NCBI GenBank assembly: GCA_047495785.1
Contig: JBLDXI010000020.1
Coordinates: 930,001-994,000, forward strand
Length of the DNA stretch: 64,000 nucleotides
Source: Lepidodermella squamata
Lineage: Eukaryota; Animalia; Gastrotricha
Reading direction: 5' to 3'
The notes under the pieces are model-generated. The model was not told the DNA's origin. It ran no database searches and saw only the letters and a program-made list of their open reading frames with translations. Below, one piece after another: positions 56,469 to 64,000 of this stretch. Each line of letters begins with the position of its first letter. The stretch's first letter is position 1. Position numbers and translations under genes: made by a program.

Positions 56469-58451
56469 TCAGGAGTTCGGCGAAGTTATTGCGCCGAGTC
56501 GTGCAATGATCGCATTCCATTGAGCGACGTTGCCGTAACCATTCGAAAACTGGAAGAGTTCGGCGAGCAGTCGATTGCGGAAGAAAAGCTCACCACGAGT
56601 CTGAGCTAACTCGTTCAAAATTGTACGGCACCGCTTGCCAATGTCGACCAGTTTATCGAGAGTTTGACGGAAGTAATGAAGCTGAAAGAGAAAGTTAAAA
56701 CAATTTAAGATTGAATTACAGCGTTTTTCAATGTTAAAATGCAAAAAGGCTCTGACTTGAAGTTGAGGCGATTCGTGCTGATTTTCGGTAAAAATTAACG
56801 CTTGTGACAGCCTTCTATTCGCCTCCAGCACATCAATGGGCTGCTCGAGTTTGTTCAACGAATCAACTTATAGCAGAAAAATCAAAATTGGGAATAAAAA
56901 AAAATATAAAATTTCAAAAAATTACTTCGGAAAAACAGCAACGAAGCCAATAACGAAAATTCTGGCAGAGTAGGGTTCCAGGTATCGAAAAGGCCAGCTA
57001 TCTCATCAATGCCAGTTACAATCGACTTGAGAGAAACGCAAAAAAATCAGAAATATTTTGTTATTTTAAAAAATTGTTATTATATATTTTTATAAACTCA
57101 CATTGAACAGTGGAAAAATGTTCAAAAAGTAGGTTTTGACATGAATGGGCATGCCAAAAAACTGGCGAGACGGGGATGCGTGAGCGAATTGGGCGATGAC
57201 CAGTGAAGCGTAACTGCCTACCAATAAGCGACATCGGTCAGCATGAGATCGCAACGGCGTGATTTCTGAGATAAGTTTATTTATTGAAAAACTGTACAGC
57301 AGATATCAAAATAACGGTTGAAAAGTGCCAGAAGCAACTTTTCACATGTCATAAAATTATTATCCGACCCAAAAATAAAAATTAAATATTAGGCGTTCTT
57401 TTATACTGGCCAGCGTTTCATCTAAAAAATAAAGCAAAATAATTTTGCAAAATGGGAAGGAATAGCACAAGCTTCACGCTCGCATCGCAGGCAGAATAGC
57501 GGTGATGGATGATCGAATCGGATTGTTCAACATCTATGCAAAATGGTTACACAAACGATTTCAACCGATGCGATGGCTGCGAACCCAAAGGTTTTCGATT
57601 TCGGATTGTAAAAGGAAAAAAAATTGAATTTTTTTTATGAAATGCTCCGTACCTGAGCTGTATTTCACGAAGTCGCATATCACAGCCATTGAGAATTCAA
57701 ATTTATCCATTAGCTCCGTCCACATTTCGCCGTCACTTTTCGGCAGATCGTGCCGCCACGAAATCTGAAAAATTCAAGGCTCAGCTATTGAAGTAATCCC
57801 ATTCGATTTGTATACGCTTTGAAGCTGACTGAGCGATGCGCTTGATCGAACAGCAGCCCTCAGAACTGAAATGACTTGTGCCTGCGGATTAGAGCCCGAT
57901 GGCGAGTTTGAGCCGTTCGGTTGAGGAATAATAGCTGGCTGCGGTAACCTCAATATTGGCGGCTCGCTCGAGTGGGGTAAATAAACTGCTGTCTGCGAGG
58001 CGGCCAAGTTTTCTTCGCTGGTACTGCGAACCGGCATACCGACCTCAAAACACCGGGCCAGGCGGCAGGCCGGGCACATTTGGCGCCGAGAACGGTGGGC
58101 CACATTGAAAACGACGCAATCACCTCGGCCGGAAACGCAAACGAGTTCGTACGGGTGGATTCGATGTCGCCAGAAAAATCGCTAAATCACAAAGAAAATA
58201 GTTTAGAAAAAAAGAAAATTGGTAATTGATCTATACTTCCGAAAATATTTAATTTAAAAAATAATTTGATTTTCACTTTGCAAGCGTCGCACGTCGGAAT
58301 GACGCTGCGGTGGTAATTTGGACCGCGGTCGATTGTTGCAGCGCAAACCTGTTGAGTTAATTACAATAAACGACTGCTATCAGGTACAAATAGGGACACT
58401 TGCCACACAAACTGTATCGTCAGGCAGTGGTATTCCGCCGATTGGTATCAT
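56469..58451 (-). CDS. Divergent nuclear receptor C (first intron GC-AG)
   Basis: TVCV|VCAATIDRGPNYHRSVIPTCDACK|RFFWR...CVSGRGDC...CPACRLARCFEVGM. LBD with ADRCRLL, WNP and NRLLAELF. Confidence 0.82.
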
Positions 58452-58782
58452 GGTGGTCGAAAAGGGTCATAACGAAGTCTAGTGAGTCTCAATTCGGGAC
58501 GAATTCCAAGTTCTCGCATTGTTGAATAACACGGAGTACGACCTTGGTTTAAATTACTCAGTATTAATAACCTCACCCATTGTGAACAGCCACATCATCG
58601 AGAAATTTTTTTGTCTTAAAATCCCAGACATTGCGTTGTCCCCAGAGTGGACGTTAGAACAATAAGAAAAATCGGTGACCATTTATTTCGGATTACAAAG
58701 TAAAATTGACTGGCGATTATAAAACACGCATTAATATAGAGATTTACAAAATAGCCCAGCTAAATATATCAATTTAAGGAAA

Positions 58783-60836
58783 TCAATAACCGTTGATAGT
58801 AAAAACTTCACAGTAAAGAGGGTCAAGTTGAAATAGTTCCGGAAAAGTTTCGGAAAATTCCTTGATGAGAGCTCTCAGCAAATCAGCCAGTGAAAGAAGC
58901 ATGCGTTGAGCGTTCTCGAAACATTCGACCTTTAATTGCGTAGAAAAAAAATATAAAAAATTCAAGAAAAATTACATAAAAATGGTCTTACTTTGGCAGC
59001 AACATTTTGCCCGCTTGGAATGGTAGCTACAAGTGCTTGGGACAACCTCCGCCTCGCCTCGCTCACCAAATCAGGCCTTGATAAATTTACGTCGTCCTCA
59101 TCTAAAAAATCAACAAAAATGATTCGAGCTAATTTCGATTACCTAGCATCCTAGCTTCCAAAATTCCGAAAGCCTAAGCTATAGCTTTTATGAGTGAGTA
59201 CCTTACGGGCAAAAAAGACGGAGGCTTGGAACAGGCAGAACTCAACGAAGCATGGGTTCCAGCTGGCCATGAGCGGGAGAAACTCCTCGTGAATGCGCTT
59301 CGCCAACGGTCTGAATTGCTCGAAATTGTCCAGAAATATTTGCTCATTTGTCTGGTTCATGCCGAAAAATCCCAATTGGCCGCTATTCGACGGGAGGCCA
59401 CCTTGAGCCAGCATCAGAGCCGCATGCGCTTTCGACATCAGCAAACATCGATCGGCTAGAGGCAGCATGGCGAATTCTAATAACCAGTTCGAAAATAATT
59501 AATCTCACTTCTAAGGTTTTTTCCAGCTTAATTCTCATCTTAATTGATTGATTCGATTCATTGCAAAAGAATTTAATGACTTGGGACTTGGGTATGTCTT
59601 GATGAATAAGTTAATTTAATCTTTCTGAAGTCTCAGTGAGTCCGTCTTAAATTTTGCAGAATATCTTATATCGGAACCAATCGGTGATTGGAACCTAATT
59701 TGATGTAGCGGAACCAAACTCGTAATACAGCGTGTCCCATAAGTAGCGCAAACAAAGAATATACACGGAAACGGGTTCAGAAACTCTAAAATAAGACACG
59801 AAGTCACATCTCATGGCCAAAAATTCAAAAAATCACGAGAAAAGCAATAAAGTATGTCCCTTATTAATGGGTTTGAAAAAATTCGGAGAAATTTTGTCAA
59901 ACCGCGTAAAATACCGAAAATTACCGAACCAGTTACCATCGGGGATTTCCAGGTTTTCTCCGGTAAATTTTGCATTTTTTTTAGGTTAAATCGCGGATAA
60001 AAGATTGAATATTCTCTCGGTAGGTTTAATTTAATAAAATTAGTTGAATTTACAAAAAATTTCCAAATTAAAAAATAGTTGCGCTACGTCTGGGACACGC
60101 TGTTTATGAAAAGAGTCACTTTCCAAATTATTTCAGGAATTCGGGACAAACCATGGTTTCAGAATTGAACACTACGTCTTACCCAGAATTATACGCTGAA
60201 TTTAATGGCTATTTATTTAGAATTATATTGGTCAACCATGAAATTCTTTAAAGTTCCGAAAAGTGAACGGCCCTTTAAAAATTCCAGAATTAGGTTCCGC
60301 TCACCGTAAATTTTGTTCCAGTAAAAGGAGGACCCTTAATTGTTATTGCTTTTTAGTACGTAAAGCAAAATGACGCGTGTCGCGCGCTTTTTGAACCAAC
60401 CAATTAGGTTTCAAACCTTTTACGACAAATCAGAAAATTAAAGATTCGCTAGTTCCACTACGGTAAAGCAACAAATATTTAAAAAAATGGTTTTAAGGTA
60501 TTCACCTGACAGCTGCTTCGCGAATTCGATAGACGTGTGAATGGCAGCTGCAGCCGGTATCATAGTGATCCGCCAGCATTCCTCCCGCGACATTTCCGGC
60601 GTGAAACACGGCGAATTCGACCATGGCAGGGCCTCGAATGCCGACAAGCCAACAGCGGCTGAAACAACTGTTTTGATGACAGTTTCTTCTTTCGACATGC
60701 CGCCATTGCCGTCTGACTGCTTCGGTTGATCGCTGATGTCGGTTTCAGCTTCGCTGGGAAACGCCTCTTCAACGCCCGATGAGTGGCGAGTCCGGCTCGA
60801 CTCGCTTGAAATTTCCATTTCTTCGGGGAAGTCCAT
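58783..60836 (-). CDS. Nuclear receptor D, LBD only (no DBD found)
   Basis: LBD segments paralogous to A-C (LPW, EFAKQLS, LPLADRCLLM, WNPCFVEFCLFQASVFF, PELFQLDPLYCEVF). The N-terminus is acidic and Ser-rich with no zinc fingers. Confidence 0.7.
59726..60104. mobile_element. MITE (~375 bp) with ~24-bp imperfect TIRs, inside a nuclear receptor D intron
   Basis: Left end TA-cagcgtgtcccataagtagcgcaa (from 59728). Right end reverse complement cagcgtgtcccagacgtagcgcaa (to 60102), 22/24 match. AT-rich non-coding interior; second copy at 4.4-4.8 kb. Confidence 0.82.
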
Positions 60837-61720
60837 GTTGATATTGTAAGTTGGTTTAAGTAGTCTCAAAATTGTGATTAAAACGTTCGATGCCCGGCAA
60901 CGTAATGATGATTTTGCATTGTTACTTGAGGCGGTTGTTGCCAATACGTCTCTTTTAGGCTCCTAATTCTTAATCCATGACCCGTTCTCTGTTATTGTTG
61001 CATACGACATGGCCGAATTTCCGTCAATCCTCGGCTTTTCAGAAGACAAATCGAAAGGGACCCGGGTGTTTAATCATAAACACGTGACTCCCGTCCGCTA
61101 AATGAACTTAATTAGTCCGTTGTATTGAGCTGCGTTCAGCGATGAACGTAATTGAAGCCGCAATTGTCCCAACACTGGACATTGGACTAATTGTAGACAA
61201 TTGTTTGTCTATGAAATGACTCAGTTCTGTCTCAGCATTCAATGTCCGATTATTCAATGAGTTAAGGATTGTCGGCTATTCTCACATGAAATTCTTCTTC
61301 ATCGCGGACTTGGTGATTTTTTTTGCAATGGACTCAAAAGGTGTGAGTAATTAGTGCCGCCCCAGACATGTTGATATTATCTACGCACGTAATCCGCGTG
61401 TTTTTGTCACATTTTTGTGACCGATTATTCGAGGCTTAGCTCGGACTTAGTTGTTTCAAAGTCACGTTTTCAATCATCAGGGCCAACTTTCAGCGCTAGC
61501 TAGATGCGGAAGCCAATGAATAGATTAATATGCGTTTTTTTCCCACATTGGCGAGCTCGTTCTGTTTGTGATAAGTAGATTAAGGCCTGATTACGCCTGC
61601 CAATATAAGTCGCTTGATTGAATTTTTCCACGCAGTCATCGTTTTATCAGTTGACAGAAGCACTTAAAGGGCAGTGCTTTATCTCGCCTAAAGAGTTCTC
61701 ATTTTTATTATTCGCAAAAA

Positions 61721-62089
61721 ATGGCAAGTTTTAATTTGCTCATCCTAGCCGCTATCGGCCTTGTTGTCCTCGCGTCAGAGTTTGACTCAGTATCAGCCGG
61801 TGGAAATTTCGGAATGATTCGAAATCGAAATGGGAAACGCAGCTCGATGGATACATTCATGGACTGCGGGCCGAACCCGATGACCCTGTTCACGATTTTT
61901 ATTGAGGATTCATCATCATCTGAAGGTAAAATAGAGAGATTTCGGGCTTCAATTTTACGAAATAATGATTTTACAGTGACTATCGACGACGTTGAACGAG
62001 CTCTATTTGACAAGCCCGACCTTCTGAATTACGCGCGTGAGCTCAATGCTGAGCATGAGAAATGCCAAGAAGCCCTCTTAAAGCTGTGA
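61721..62089 (+). CDS. Small secreted protein / possible peptide precursor
   Basis: Signal peptide, then GGNFGMIRNRN-GKR (amidation plus dibasic signal) and a two-Cys C-terminal domain (DCGPNP...EKC). AATAAA downstream. Confidence 0.7.
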   Translation: MASFNLLILAAIGLVVLASEFDSVSAGGNFGMIRNRNGKRSSMDTFMDCGPNPMTLFTIFIEDSSSSEGKIERFRASILRNNDFTVTIDDVERALFDKPDLLNYARELNAEHEKCQEALLKL

Positions 62090-62492
62090 ACTCTTCAAAA
62101 TTTAAACACAGCGGTTAGACTTTCTATGGAAAATCAGGATTTTATTCTCTAGCCTCGGTTTTAATATATGGCCCATGTGAGAAGCGTTTTAAATAATAAA
62201 CGAAATAAAATCCAGGAAGTGCCCTGGAACTTATAAAATAAAGTCAAATTATTTTATTGCTCCTCGTGCCAATATCGATTTTTCCAGGGTATATCATTGG
62301 CATATCGATGGTTAGCCAGGCATCGGAAATTCAATATCGAAGTAGGAATAAAAAAGCGCCCCACATGCCCCACGCGTTCAAGTGGAAAAAATCTGCTTAT
62401 GTCAAGTATAAAAAAACCGACGAGTTTCTATAACACTGCGGTTTTTATCGAGGTCGTTAAAAAAAATAATGCTGAAATATTTAGACGGCGAA

Positions 62493-62759
62493 ATGTCGCG
62501 GATTTTAGTCGTTCTACCAGTTGGACTCATGGCGCTGTCAATTCTTGTTGCTTGTCCGATTCACGCAAGACGGCGCTCTTTCTCGTCAGATTGCGGCGAG
62601 AGTCCTATCAAAGTTCTCAGTCGGCTAGTCGACGCTGGGCAGCAGCATCGGTCGATGAGCGATGTTATAAGCGACTTCGAACGGCAGGTTCCCGGGTTCC
62701 AGCGAAAGTTCAACTTTCGCCTGATCTACTGGAAAAGTTGCATGCTCAGTTTTGTGTGA
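62493..62759 (+). CDS. Small secreted protein, probable paralog of 61721-62089 (3' end uncertain)
   Basis: Signal peptide MSRILVVLPVGLMALSILVA, basic site RRRS, then DCGESPIKVL aligning with DCGPNPMTLF. Confidence 0.45.
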   Translation: MSRILVVLPVGLMALSILVACPIHARRRSFSSDCGESPIKVLSRLVDAGQQHRSMSDVISDFERQVPGFQRKFNFRLIYWKSCMLSFV

Positions 62760-64000
62760 AAGGACAAGCCGAGAAACCACTACCTGATAGTTTTAGAATT
62801 TTTTTTTCGCTTATGCATGTATCTCAGGCATGTTTTTATTTTGTTGAATTAGAAATTCCGTATATCCTGCAAGGATAGAAAATTCGTTTCAAATAAAGTG
62901 TAAACACTGCGTTATTATGAAAAGGTGTTCCAAGTCGATAACCTGGAAAAACGGTATAAGAAACTTTGCGGCATGGTATTGTCATTGCGAAGGTGAAAGG
63001 TAATGCAATAGATGGTAGATGAGTAATCGAAATTAAATTTTTGAAACTTGAAAAACCTGATCCGAATGAAGCGCGAAAGCATCTAAATTTCAATTTCGAA
63101 AAGACATTCTAGTTAGGTTTTATCAATATATTTCAGCAAATAATCCACACCTTAATAAGATATTTTTAATGTGATACCGTATTTGTTCCTATAGCAGCCC
63201 GGGCTACTAAAATTTCAACCTCGAAAATTTGAAAATTTCAAAAAATAATATTTGTTGAATCGTTTATTTTTGATGTTTTCAAACCGACTTGACCCTTCAA
63301 CCCTGGGCGATTAGTGATGGGCGATTATTAGTGGATGAGCTACTATTGGAACAAATACGGTATGCTAGCTGCCATTTAGTGTCCCAGACACCAGTTGAGT
63401 ACCCTGAATGACGCCTCAGATTGAGTGATGCCAGAATGAGTTTGCCATACCGATCGAGCCATAATGTGGCACTCCCGTTTTGCGCGCGGCAGCCAACAAT
63501 GTCGCGCTTTGTCATGACCTCGCGCAATTGTTTTTGTACTCACGCAGTTTTATTACCTACCGATAGTTTAATTTGCTGCTACTTAATTATCATTTCATCA
63601 TTTGATTTGCTGCTATCGGCTCACACGTACTCCGGCCGCGGGAGATCTACGAGACGGAGCGAGCTAAGTTTTGTGTGGAAAATCCTCGGGACAACTCTAG
63701 ACTCATAACTTTGATCGCTCTCTATAGGCTCCATATTATAAATCAGTGTTCGGTTGCCATACGTGTGCCGGAATCAATGAAATATCGTATAACAGTAGCC
63801 GGCACTATTTTAGATATAGCGCAAAGTGTGAATTATTCGCTTGCTCGCACTCGCAATCAACATCTCTAGGAACAGCCGTCCGTCGTTCCCCATCTCTGGT
63901 TGCCATCCCGATAGGGACAGTGTCCAGCCAATTATGAAGATCCGCGCAAATCCGCGTAATAATGAATCCCTCGGGTAATACCGCGGCACGGCAGCATATC

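Noticed and set aside
60840-61030. Possible zinc-finger relic upstream of nuclear receptor D (LRCRAS, PCRMQQ)
   Set aside because: No C-x2-C spacing, P-box or GM motif, and interrupted by stops.

Overview
Compact animal (metazoan) genomic DNA, not prokaryotic. Genes are densely packed and most introns are about 45-65 nt, so the ORF track is fragmented; all spliced models below were assembled by eye. I cannot name the organism from this window. In order, it holds: an intronless GABA-B-like class C GPCR; three tandem divergent Cys-loop channel subunit genes with a LINE RT relic between copies 1 and 2; several unknown genes; an intronless FAAH-type amidase; a ~32 kb array of nine intact DEG/ENaC genes plus one deleted pseudogene, with a secreted, probably GPI-anchored Cys-rich gene where the two halves converge; four divergent nuclear receptor genes (one apparently without a DNA-binding domain) with an ankyrin gene among them; and two small secreted-protein genes. 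The best candidate for an undescribed system is the DEG/ENaC family. All copies lack the HG motif, have an enlarged Cys-bearing knuckle, and carry a hypervariable Pro/Ser/Gly/Ala/Thr insert ending at a furin site followed by an invariant Gln. Five paralogs have a short peptide between two furin sites, while three have a phase-0 intron at the equivalent position, splitting a single furin site. Intron positions also turn over extensively between paralogs.
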